The translations under genes and the position numbers were made by a program. Source: an uncultured Bacteroidales bacterium (GTDB taxonomy: Bacteria; Bacteroidota; Bacteroidia; Bacteroidales; Paludibacteraceae). From it: a DNA stretch of 64,000 nucleotides. Positions 19,809 through 27,387 of this stretch are shown piece by piece (position 1 is the first letter of the stretch; every line of letters starts with the position of its first letter). The notes under the pieces were generated by a model. It worked only from the letters and a program-made list of their open reading frames with translations. It had not been told where the DNA came from and did no database searches. The DNA is taken from assembly GCA_902771935.1 (NCBI GenBank), contig CACXYM010000002.1:54234-118233 (forward strand). The letters are read 5' to 3'.

Positions 19809-20933
19809 TTAGTCGTTAAGCAACATCGGCATTAACAACATCAGCAGGTCTTCGTTCGGCTCATTCTCTGCCGGCAGAATAAGTCCTGCACGTGCAGGAT
19901 CAGCCAATTCGAGAATTACATCATCACTTGCGATGGAGCTTAGGATCTCAATCAGGAACGGAGCCTTGAAACCGATAGCCATCGGAGCGCCCGTGTACGA
20001 GCAAGCGATAGTCTCTTCTGCACTCGTTGAGAAGTCGATATCTTGTGCAGAAATCTTAATTTGATTCTCCGAAAGAGCCAATTTGAGCAGACTTGTGCCT
20101 GTGTTAGCAAATACTGCCACACGCTTGCAGGCGTTGATAATCGTCTGACGGTCAACTACCACTTTGTTCTGGTTATTCTGCGGAATTACAGCATTGTAAT
20201 TCGGGAAACGGCCCTCAATTTGGCGGCAAACAACGATACTCTGACCAAACTCAAAGCGTGCGTTCTTTTCACCGAAGATAATCATTACATTACCTTCCTC
20301 TTTGGATAGAACGTTCTTGAGCAATGCAGCCGGTTTCTTCGGCAAAATAAAACTCATAGCAGCCGGAGCGCTGATAGAAGTATTCATATAACGAACAAGA
20401 CGGTGAGCGTCTGTAGCTACCAACACAATCTTATCCTCCAGTATATCGAAATAAATACCGTTCATAACAGGACGCAACTCATCATCTGCTGTGCAGAAGA
20501 TAGTCTTGTTAATAGCGTCAAGCAGCACCTCTGCCGGAAATTCGATACGACCATTCGCAGAACCTGAAACAGGCATCTCCGGATACTCATTGCCATTCGC
20601 TCCTACAAATGAATAGGTTCCGTTCTCGCTCGTAATGTTAATCGCATAGTTCTGGTCATCAATTTGGAATGTAAGAGGTTGCTCTGGAAACTCTTTCAAA
20701 GTCTCAAGCAGCAGCTTTGCGCCACTGGCTACCTTACCTTGACCCTCCGCATTCTCCACGTCTATAGTCGTGCGAATTGTCGTCTCGCCATCAGATGCAG
20801 TCATCGTCAAAGCGTTACCGTTAAGGTCAAACAATACATCCTCCAGGATCTGAAGGCTGTTCTTCGGAGCAATCACTTTGCTCAGTGCTTGCAATTGTGC
20901 AAACAACTTTGTACTCGATACATTAAATTTCAT
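19809..20933 (-). CDS. dnaN: DNA polymerase III beta sliding clamp
   Basis: 374 aa with three-domain clamp architecture; MKFNVSSTKLFAQLQALSKVI. Confidence 0.93.
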   Translation of the reverse strand: MKFNVSSTKLFAQLQALSKVIAPKNSLQILEDVLFDLNGNALTMTASDGETTIRTTIDVENAEGQGKVASGAKLLLETLKEFPEQPLTFQIDDQNYAINITSENGTYSFVGANGNEYPEMPVSGSANGRIEFPAEVLLDAINKTIFCTADDELRPVMNGIYFDILEDKIVLVATDAHRLVRYMNTSISAPAAMSFILPKKPAALLKNVLSKEEGNVMIIFGEKNARFEFGQSIVVCRQIEGRFPNYNAVIPQNNQNKVVVDRQTIINACKRVAVFANTGTSLLKLALSENQIKISAQDIDFSTSAEETIACSYTGAPMAIGFKAPFLIEILSSIASDDVILELADPARAGLILPAENEPNEDLLMLLMPMLLND

Positions 20934-20972
20934 ATTCTTACACTTATAAGTTTATATTCACATTTTAGCGCG

Positions 20973-21004
20973 CAAAATTACAACTTTTTCGCGATATATA
21001 CAAA
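20973..21004 (-). promoter_or_regulatory. Promoter: -33 TTTG / -7 TAATTTTG (dnaN operon)
   Basis: Boxes 20 nt apart; -7 box 40 nt upstream of the dnaN ATG. Confidence 0.65.
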
Positions 21005-21029
21005 TAATTCTGCATATTTTTGTAAAAAA

Positions 21030-21061
21030 TTTGCATATTCCATAAAAATATATTACTTTTG
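21030..21061 (+). promoter_or_regulatory. Promoter: -33 TTTG / -7 TACTTTTG
   Basis: Boxes 20 nt apart; -7 box 21 nt upstream of ATG 21082. Confidence 0.65.
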
Positions 21062-21081
21062 CAGCCGAAAATGACTCAACT

Positions 21082-22419
21082 ATGCTGCCATTAGACTTTT
21101 TAGACGAAATGAGACAACAACTCGGACCGGAAGCCGAACAGTTGTTCCGAGCGCTGGAAACAGAGCCCGTTACCTCTATTCGTCTCAATGACAAAAAGGA
21201 CGTCCTTGACTTCCCTTGTGACATTGACGAAGTCCCATGGCACATCGATGGCTACTATCTCGCCGAACGCATTCCTTTTACATTGGATCCGCTCTTCCAC
21301 GCAGGCGCCTATTACGTGCAGGAAGCAAGTTCTATGTTCGTGCAACAAGTTCTTGACCAATACGTGCCAAACAACAGCATTGTGCTCGATTTATGCGCTG
21401 CACCGGGGGGAAAATCTACACTTATCAGCCAACATTTAGGACAAGAAGGATTGCTCATCAGTAACGAAGTAGTACGACAACGACTCTTCATCCTCAGTGA
21501 AAACATTCAAAAATGGGGTAACGGCAATACCATCGTTACCTTCAACAAGGCAGAAGACTTCGGTGAACGAACGCCTAATCTATTTGACTGTGTCCTCGTG
21601 GATGCACCATGTTCCGGAGAAGGAATGTTCCGAAAAGATCCATCTGCACGCGAGGAATGGAGTCTCAAAAACGTCAATATGTGCGCAGAAAGACAGAGAG
21701 CTATTCTCATGAATGTCTGGGAAGCACTCAAACCCGGCGGCATACTTATTTACTCGACATGTACGTTCAACGAAGAGGAAGACGAAGGAAATGCTCAGTG
21801 GATAGCCGAATGCCTCGGGGCAGAGATACTGCCTGTTCATTACGATCCGTCATGGGGCATTGTAGACGGATTCCCAGGATACCATTTCTACCCACACAAA
21901 ACCAAAGGAGAAGGCTTCTATATCTGCGCCTTCCGAAAACATATCGAGCCGTTTGCACCTTTCAAAATCAAAGAACCCAAACGACCTGTCCATTGCAATA
22001 CAGAATACCAACTGGCAATGCGTTCATGGCTCACAGAGCCGGACAACTGGGCATTCCGCCAAAACGACCGCTTCATGACAGCGTATCCTATGCGTTTCAA
22101 ACCGCTTATCGATATGCTTTACGAGACACTTACTTGCGTACTCACCGGTTTTGGCATCGGTGAAGAGCGAGGAAAAGGTGTCGCACCACAACATAGCCTC
22201 AGTATGGCAAAGGCTTTCAAACACGATGCCTTCCCGAATATTGCTTTGACCAAAGACCAAGCACTCTCATATCTCCGTACAGAGGCACTCAATCTGCCGG
22301 ATGTACCACTCGGAGTATTGTTGCTTACTTACGAAGATGTGCCCATCGGCTTTGCCAAAAATGTGGGCAATCGACTCAACAATCTCTATCCCAACGAATG
22401 GCGCATACGCCATCTCTAA
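21082..22419 (+). CDS. RsmB/RsmF-family rRNA cytosine-C5 methyltransferase
   Basis: DLCAAPGGKST SAM motif and VLVDAPCSGEGMFRKDP catalytic motif. Confidence 0.85.
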   Translation: MLPLDFLDEMRQQLGPEAEQLFRALETEPVTSIRLNDKKDVLDFPCDIDEVPWHIDGYYLAERIPFTLDPLFHAGAYYVQEASSMFVQQVLDQYVPNNSIVLDLCAAPGGKSTLISQHLGQEGLLISNEVVRQRLFILSENIQKWGNGNTIVTFNKAEDFGERTPNLFDCVLVDAPCSGEGMFRKDPSAREEWSLKNVNMCAERQRAILMNVWEALKPGGILIYSTCTFNEEEDEGNAQWIAECLGAEILPVHYDPSWGIVDGFPGYHFYPHKTKGEGFYICAFRKHIEPFAPFKIKEPKRPVHCNTEYQLAMRSWLTEPDNWAFRQNDRFMTAYPMRFKPLIDMLYETLTCVLTGFGIGEERGKGVAPQHSLSMAKAFKHDAFPNIALTKDQALSYLRTEALNLPDVPLGVLLLTYEDVPIGFAKNVGNRLNNLYPNEWRIRHL

Positions 22420-22423
22420 GCAC

Positions 22424-22457
22424 AAAAAAAGAGCATCCTAAACAGGACGCTCTTTTT
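22424..22457. terminator. Bidirectional Rho-independent terminator
   Basis: An A run, then AGAGCATCC-TAAACA-GGACGCTCT (one mismatch), then TTTTT, between convergent genes. Confidence 0.65.
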
Positions 22458-22458
22458 C

Positions 22459-22486
22459 GTTCAACGTTAACCTTTAATAGTTAACC
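22459..22486. repeat. Heptanucleotide tandem array GTTCAAC GTTAACC TTTAATA GTTAACC
   Basis: Four in-phase units. TAA/TAG at 22468, 22475, 22478 and 22482 cover all three + frames. The GTTAAC palindromes also give TAA on the complement. Confidence 0.7.
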
Positions 22487-22497
22487 TCTCCCCTTTA

Positions 22498-24018
22498 TTA
22501 TGGTTTTTGTGCACCATAACCCGGCATCGCGCCAAATAATTTCAACGCTTTGTCAAAGTTATAGCGGTTACCGAACATGGACACACGGTGAATCTCGGTG
22601 CCTTGCATGTTCATACCCATTGCTTGACGGAACTGGTTAGAAGCCGAGTTCGGGTTGAAGTTCTGGCTGGAAGCGATGACTTTGAGGTTAGCAAATGCCT
22701 CCAGATAGTCTTTATCGAACGCCTCAATAACAGGTGAACCTGCGGGCAGTTCTTTATTGTTTTCTGCCTTCGGAAGAGTCTTCTCGTCAACCATATCCTC
22801 AATGTCGGTGCACTTTACGTTCGTCCATTTACCTCCACCTGCAGACGGCAGTTGCAAGTCGGCAGCGTTCAGGAAATAGTAGTTGTCGTAAAGGTTTGTC
22901 ACGCGGCGTGCCTCAATAGGAGCGTCAGGACCTGAGAGTTTGCGGGTACGAGCTACAGCTGCGTAGTTGTTACCTACGAACAAATTGTGGTGTACATCTG
23001 CACTCACTTTGTTCATGAACTCAAAACCATAACCCATATCTTCCATAATTTTGTCACGGCACCAGCTGAAGGCAACCGTGTTGTGGTGGAAGTTGATGTG
23101 TGAAGCCTTACCTTCTTTGTCCCAACCATCAATACGAACTCCGCTGTAGCGGTTCGAGATAATCACGTTGTTATAAATCTCAATCTCACCGCAACGGGTA
23201 TTGAACTGAAGACCAAAATAGGAACTGTTGGCAATAAGGCAGTTACGGATAATTACGTTACCTGCGATAGCACCATCCGAGTGGAAAATCTGGTGTTGAA
23301 TTTGTGGAGGAGAAGTATCTTCCATACGACCGGTTTCGAAAGCTATTGACGGGCAACCGTTGCGCTCATCATTTGGGTCATTGGGTTTGTAGAAGTTCTC
23401 CAGACCCATATCCAGCATGATACCATCGATGATGAGTGTGCCACGAACAGAGTTATTTGTTCCTACAGCATCCAGGTCGCGAGAAGTGGTAATCAAACCT
23501 TTGCTACCGTTGGTTCCGCGTTGTTCTTCACCCGGTTGGATACGAGTGATGTATTTGAACGGATCGCGCTCTGTGAAGTCAGCATTCCATCCACCTTCCA
23601 AGGTGATGAAGTTGTAGATCTCAATGTAACCTTGGTTGGTGTAACCGAGGAAGTTACCTTCGCCAACGCGAACAATAGCGCCATTGTCACCTTTCTCTTT
23701 AATGATGTCCAATACGGCTTGGATGTCTTTCTTAGCTGTAGCCGGAGTCAAACCGTCTGCGCCACGAGAAGAACCGCTTTTGGAAACATAGTAGACTGTT
23801 CCGCCTGCAGCAGGAGTAGCTGCCTTGGTTTGCTGTTGAGTTTGGGTCTGCTGGGCAGCGGAATTGTCACTATGGCCCGAATTAGCCTGAACCTTCTGAG
23901 AAGCAGTGTTAGCAGCACTTGCTGCTGTACGCTGAATCAGACCTCCAAGACCTTGGGCTTGGAGACCACCTGCCATTACTATCGCAACGAACAGGGAAAG
24001 AATAGATTTTACTTTCAT
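22498..24018 (-). CDS. Secreted right-handed parallel beta-helix repeat protein
   Basis: Signal peptide, a Q/T/A-rich linker, and repeated N/G/I-rich beta-helix coils (NVIIRNCLIANSSYFG, NNVIISNRYSGV). Confidence 0.65.
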   Translation of the reverse strand: MKVKSILSLFVAIVMAGGLQAQGLGGLIQRTAASAANTASQKVQANSGHSDNSAAQQTQTQQQTKAATPAAGGTVYYVSKSGSSRGADGLTPATAKKDIQAVLDIIKEKGDNGAIVRVGEGNFLGYTNQGYIEIYNFITLEGGWNADFTERDPFKYITRIQPGEEQRGTNGSKGLITTSRDLDAVGTNNSVRGTLIIDGIMLDMGLENFYKPNDPNDERNGCPSIAFETGRMEDTSPPQIQHQIFHSDGAIAGNVIIRNCLIANSSYFGLQFNTRCGEIEIYNNVIISNRYSGVRIDGWDKEGKASHINFHHNTVAFSWCRDKIMEDMGYGFEFMNKVSADVHHNLFVGNNYAAVARTRKLSGPDAPIEARRVTNLYDNYYFLNAADLQLPSAGGGKWTNVKCTDIEDMVDEKTLPKAENNKELPAGSPVIEAFDKDYLEAFANLKVIASSQNFNPNSASNQFRQAMGMNMQGTEIHRVSMFGNRYNFDKALKLFGAMPGYGAQKP

Positions 24019-24148
24019 AAGGTTAATACTGTGTTAGTGAGTAATATATTGTTTTTCAAACAATTTGCGCTGCAAAATTACAAACAATTTTTCACATACG
24101 CAAGAAAAAAGTACATTTTTTTGCGTAATTGTGTAAATTTTCCGTCTA

Positions 24149-25051
24149 TCACCATCCTAACATCGTTGTCATCGGGTAGTGGTCCGAGCAGTTCAGATGG
24201 TCGATATGTGTTTCCACAGGATGTAGTTCTCGACTGCATAGCAAATAGTCTATTCGGGCTCCTATATGTCGTTTTACGACAGTAGCACCCCATCTTCCCC
24301 AACTTGTGGCAAGGAAACAGTCACGCAATTGTCCGCCTCGTATTTTTAAATAGGTATAGGATAGTGGTGTTACATTAAAATCGCCCGCAACAATAACAGG
24401 ATACGGAGATTGTTGTATCTCAGCACGAATCGCGTTAGCTTGTACTTGCCGTATCTTACGCGCAGATTCTAACTTATCAGATATACGCTGGGCTGATTGT
24501 TTGAGCGCATTGCTCTCAATCGAATCCGGCAAGTCTTTGAGTTCAAGACGATTAGACTCTAAGTGGTTGTTAAACAGCCTGAAGGTATCTTTACCAACTG
24601 CCACATCGCAGTAATCGGAAATATTACCGCGCGAAGAATAACGAATCGTGTTTTTGTTACTGAGTGGATATTTGCTGAATACTGCCAAGCCGTATTGATG
24701 GCGCTTGTTGTATATTTTAAAGTCAAAATAAGTGTACGGATATTTCTCTAACGCTTTTCTTAGTTCTGGCAAAGTCAAATACTTCTCGTTCTTATACACA
24801 TCCACTTCCTGCAAGCAGATAATATCCGCATCCTGTTTCTGCAAGAAGCGAATTACACGATTCTGGTAGGCTTTCTCGTACATCCCCATCTGGTGCGTAT
24901 TATATGTCAATACGGACAAATGATGCGTATAGTCATCAGAAGGGCTACCATGCGAAAACAGCAGTAACGCCGCCCAAACAAGCGCCGCTATAATCGGAAG
25001 CACAAAGACTAACAGGATTATCCGTTTAAATATTTTTCTCTTTTTCGCCAT
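24149..25051 (-). CDS. Endonuclease/exonuclease/phosphatase (EEP) family protein
   Basis: N-terminal TM helix; DIICLQEVD, NNHLESN, VAGDFNVTP and SDHYPM. Confidence 0.85.
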   Translation of the reverse strand: MAKKRKIFKRIILLVFVLPIIAALVWAALLLFSHGSPSDDYTHHLSVLTYNTHQMGMYEKAYQNRVIRFLQKQDADIICLQEVDVYKNEKYLTLPELRKALEKYPYTYFDFKIYNKRHQYGLAVFSKYPLSNKNTIRYSSRGNISDYCDVAVGKDTFRLFNNHLESNRLELKDLPDSIESNALKQSAQRISDKLESARKIRQVQANAIRAEIQQSPYPVIVAGDFNVTPLSYTYLKIRGGQLRDCFLATSWGRWGATVVKRHIGARIDYLLCSRELHPVETHIDHLNCSDHYPMTTMLGW

Positions 25052-26586
25052 TATTTCGGGTCTAAAGTCACCAACGGTATCAGCATCTCTTCCATCGAAA
25101 TACCTCCGTGCTGGAAGGTGTTGCGGTAGTACTGCGCATAATAATTGAAGTTGTTCGGATATGCAAAGAAGTCTTCTCCGCTACAGAATACGTAGCTGCT
25201 GCTGATGTTTGGACAAGGAAGACCGACTTGTTTAGGATGCGTTATCTCAAACAGATTCTTGTCTTGGAAATTAAGCGACTTGCCTACCTTGTACCGCAGA
25301 TTGGTATTGGTATTCTTGTCTCCAATTATCTGTACCGGATTCTGCACGCGAATAGTTCCATGGTCAGTAGTGAGAATCACTTTATAACCAAGCTGTGCGA
25401 TACGCCTGAAGAGCTCGTATGTAGGCGAGTGTTTGAACCAGCTGAGTGTCAGGCTTCTGTATGCGGCTTCGTCATTACATAACTCACGCATCATCTTACT
25501 ATCCGTGCGCGAGTGCGAAAGCATATCTATAAAATTAAGCACAATCACATTCAGCGGAGTCTGTAGACTTTTGAGTTGACGAATCACTTTCTCGCAGAAA
25601 TCACTCTCGTTAATCTTAAAGTACGAGAAACCATAATGCTTGCGGAAACGGTCTAACTGCGTCCGTATCAGTTCTTTCTCGTTCAGGTTCTTGCCCTCTT
25701 CCTCATCTTCTTCTACCCACAAATGCGGAAACATCTCCTGAATCTGCAACGGCATCAGTCCTGAGAAAATCGCATTGCGGGCATATTGCGTGGCTGTCGG
25801 TAATATGGAGGAATAGCATTGCTCATCCGTGGTTGTGAAGAACTCACTCAATAGAGGTTGTATCGTCTTCCATTGGTCGTAGCGGAAATTGTCTATCACC
25901 ACAAAGAATAACTTCTCTCCCTTGTCTAATAGAGGGAAGAGTATATTCTTGAATATATCCGGAGACATCAGCGGGCGATTACCACTTGTGAACCACTCTT
26001 CGTAATTCCGACTGATAAACTTCGCAAATGCTGCATTGGCCTGCTGACTTTGCATATGAAGCATCTCACGCATCGAGGAATCAACATCCTGCAACTCAAT
26101 ATCCCAACGAGACAAAGTCTTATAAATGGCTATCCATTCGTCCAATGTCTTCGCCGTATCTATCATAAAACCAATATCTCCAAACTCCTCTTGATAACCT
26201 TTATTCGTATGCTTCTCAACAATCTCACGCTGGTGAATATGCTTCTTCAAACACAGCAATATCTGGCTCGGATTAACGGGTTTTATCAAGTAATCGGCTA
26301 TCTTTGCACCAATCGCCTGCTCCATAATTCGCTCCTCTTCGCTCTTCGTAATCATCACTACCGGAACATCCGAACGAATAGATTTTATCGTTTCCAATGT
26401 CTCCAAACCGCTCAATCCGGGCATGTTCTCGTCCAAAAACACAATATCTACCGTCTCGTTACGGAACAAATCTATCGCGTCCTGACCGTTTGTTGCGCTC
26501 AAGACCTCGTAGCCTTTTTCTTTTAAATAGATGACGTATGGCTTTAACAGATCAATCTCGTCATCAGCCCACAAAATCGTATTCAT
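25051..26586 (-). CDS. porX: PorX-type response regulator (receiver domain plus PglZ/alkaline-phosphatase-like domain)
   Basis: ILWADDEIDLLKPYVIYLKEKGY...FLDENMPGLSGLETL...KSEEERIMEQAIGAKIADYLIKPVNPSQIL, then a roughly 380-aa PglZ-like domain. ATG 26586 is preferred because the ORF-track start at 26625 lies inside the promoter -7 box. Confidence 0.85.
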   Translation of the reverse strand: MNTILWADDEIDLLKPYVIYLKEKGYEVLSATNGQDAIDLFRNETVDIVFLDENMPGLSGLETLETIKSIRSDVPVVMITKSEEERIMEQAIGAKIADYLIKPVNPSQILLCLKKHIHQREIVEKHTNKGYQEEFGDIGFMIDTAKTLDEWIAIYKTLSRWDIELQDVDSSMREMLHMQSQQANAAFAKFISRNYEEWFTSGNRPLMSPDIFKNILFPLLDKGEKLFFVVIDNFRYDQWKTIQPLLSEFFTTTDEQCYSSILPTATQYARNAIFSGLMPLQIQEMFPHLWVEEDEEEGKNLNEKELIRTQLDRFRKHYGFSYFKINESDFCEKVIRQLKSLQTPLNVIVLNFIDMLSHSRTDSKMMRELCNDEAAYRSLTLSWFKHSPTYELFRRIAQLGYKVILTTDHGTIRVQNPVQIIGDKNTNTNLRYKVGKSLNFQDKNLFEITHPKQVGLPCPNISSSYVFCSGEDFFAYPNNFNYYAQYYRNTFQHGGISMEEMLIPLVTLDPK

Positions 26587-26622
26587 AGTTTTTGTTTTTC
26601 TTATCCGTATGCAATTTGCGTG

Positions 26623-26654
26623 CAAAATTAGTATTTTTTGGGAAGATATGCAAA
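26623..26654 (-). promoter_or_regulatory. Promoter: -33 TTTG / -7 TAATTTTG (porX)
   Basis: Boxes 20 nt apart; -7 box 37 nt upstream of ATG 26586. Confidence 0.7.
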
Positions 26655-26698
26655 TTATTTGTTATTTTTTTCGTGAGCGTATTTGTAGGATCTCATGA

Positions 26699-26760
26699 AT
26701 CCTGTGTTAATCCTGTGTTAATGCTGTGTTGATTTTGTGATAATGTTGTGGACTTATGTG
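26699..26760. repeat. Six degenerate 11-bp units with a TGTG core
   Basis: TGTG starts at 26703, 26714, 26725, 26736, 26747 and 26757 (spacing 11, 11, 11, 11, 10). Confidence 0.85.
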
Positions 26761-26809
26761 GAGGGGAAAGGGAGAAAAAGAAAAGAAAAAGGAGAAGGAA
26801 AAAGAAGAA
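26760..26809. repeat. 50-nt uninterrupted polypurine/polypyrimidine tract
   Basis: Only G and A on the + strand from 26760 to 26809. Contains the 18-nt perfect mirror repeat GAAAAAGAAAAGAAAAAG (26774-26791). Confidence 0.9.
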
Positions 26810-27154
26810 CATAAATGAGAGAACAACGAAAAAACGATAAGAACATAAAAAGTGCACAACAAAAAAACGGTGAAAACATAGTGAGAGAATAACGGAAAAA
26901 CGATAAGAACATAAAAAGTGCACAACAAAAAACGATGAAAACATAGAGAGAGAATAGCGGAAAAACGATAAGAACATAAAAAGTGCACAAAAAAAAACGA
27001 TGAAAACATAGTGAGAGAACAACGGAAAAAACGATAAGAACATAAAAAGTGCACAACAAAAAAACGATGAAAACATAGTGAGAGAACAGCGGAAAAACGA
27101 TAAGAACATAAAAAGTGCACAACAAAAAAACGATGAAAACATAGTGAGAGAATA
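26807..27154. repeat. Tandem array of about 66-bp units (five copies plus a leading half unit)
   Basis: Units start at 26836, 26902, 26967, 27033 and 27099 (65-66 bp, near identical). Each carries GTGCAC (26852, 26918, 26983, 27049, 27115). Confidence 0.95.
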
Positions 27155-27286
27155 ATGAGAAAATGGGAAGAGAATAATGAAAAAACGATGAGAAAATGGG
27201 AAGAGAATAATGAAAAACGATGAGAAAATGGGAAGAAAATAATGAAAAGGCGATGAGAAAATGGGAAGAAAAAGGGAAGAAAATAC
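27155..27286. repeat. Tandem array of 32-33-bp units (four copies)
   Basis: ATGAGAAAATGGGAAG... starts at 27155, 27188, 27220 and 27253. Shares AAAAAACGATGA with the 66-bp units. Confidence 0.9.
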
Positions 27287-27315
27287 AAAAAATATTTGCA
27301 CAGGTGCTAAAATTA

Positions 27316-27347
27316 TTTGCATAGGTGGCAAAAATGTTGTACCTTTG
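27316..27347 (+). promoter_or_regulatory. Promoter: -33 TTTG / -7 TACCTTTG (LRR gene)
   Basis: Boxes 20 nt apart; -7 box 41 nt upstream of ATG 27388. Confidence 0.7.
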
Positions 27348-27387
27348 CGCCCAAATTAGCATGTGCAATCTCTAAAATACTATCATT

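Noticed and set aside
21609-22163. A 184-aa alternative-frame ORF inside the methyltransferase gene.
   Set aside because: It is Arg-rich frame-shadow sequence, while the main frame carries the conserved SAM and catalytic motifs.
23521-24285. A 254-aa ORF antisense to the beta-helix protein gene, extending across its promoter.
   Set aside because: It crosses a promoter region and the end of the EEP gene. It is low complexity with no start context.
26699-26760. DnaA-box cluster or oriC, because dnaN is nearby and the units resemble TGTGNATAA.
   Set aside because: Only TGTGATAAT and TGTGGACTT come close to the DnaA box complement TGTGGATAA. There is no adjacent AT-rich unwinding element with 13-mer-like repeats, and dnaN is 6 kb away with its own promoter. 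The evidence is insufficient.
26807-27286. CRISPR array interpretation of the 33/66-bp repeats.
   Set aside because: The whole unit is conserved from copy to copy and there are no unique spacers. There is no palindromic CRISPR-type repeat structure and no cas genes in the window.
26693-27368. Three overlapping minus-strand ORFs (212, 193 and 204 aa) covering all three frames of the repeat region.
   Set aside because: The + strand here almost lacks TTA, CTA and TCA because it is A/G-rich, so the complement is stop-free in every frame by composition alone. The products are F/L/S/C/H-rich repeats (FFVVHFLCSYRF...). There is no promoter box upstream on the minus strand, and the porX promoter lies downstream of them. 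I treat them as non-coding.
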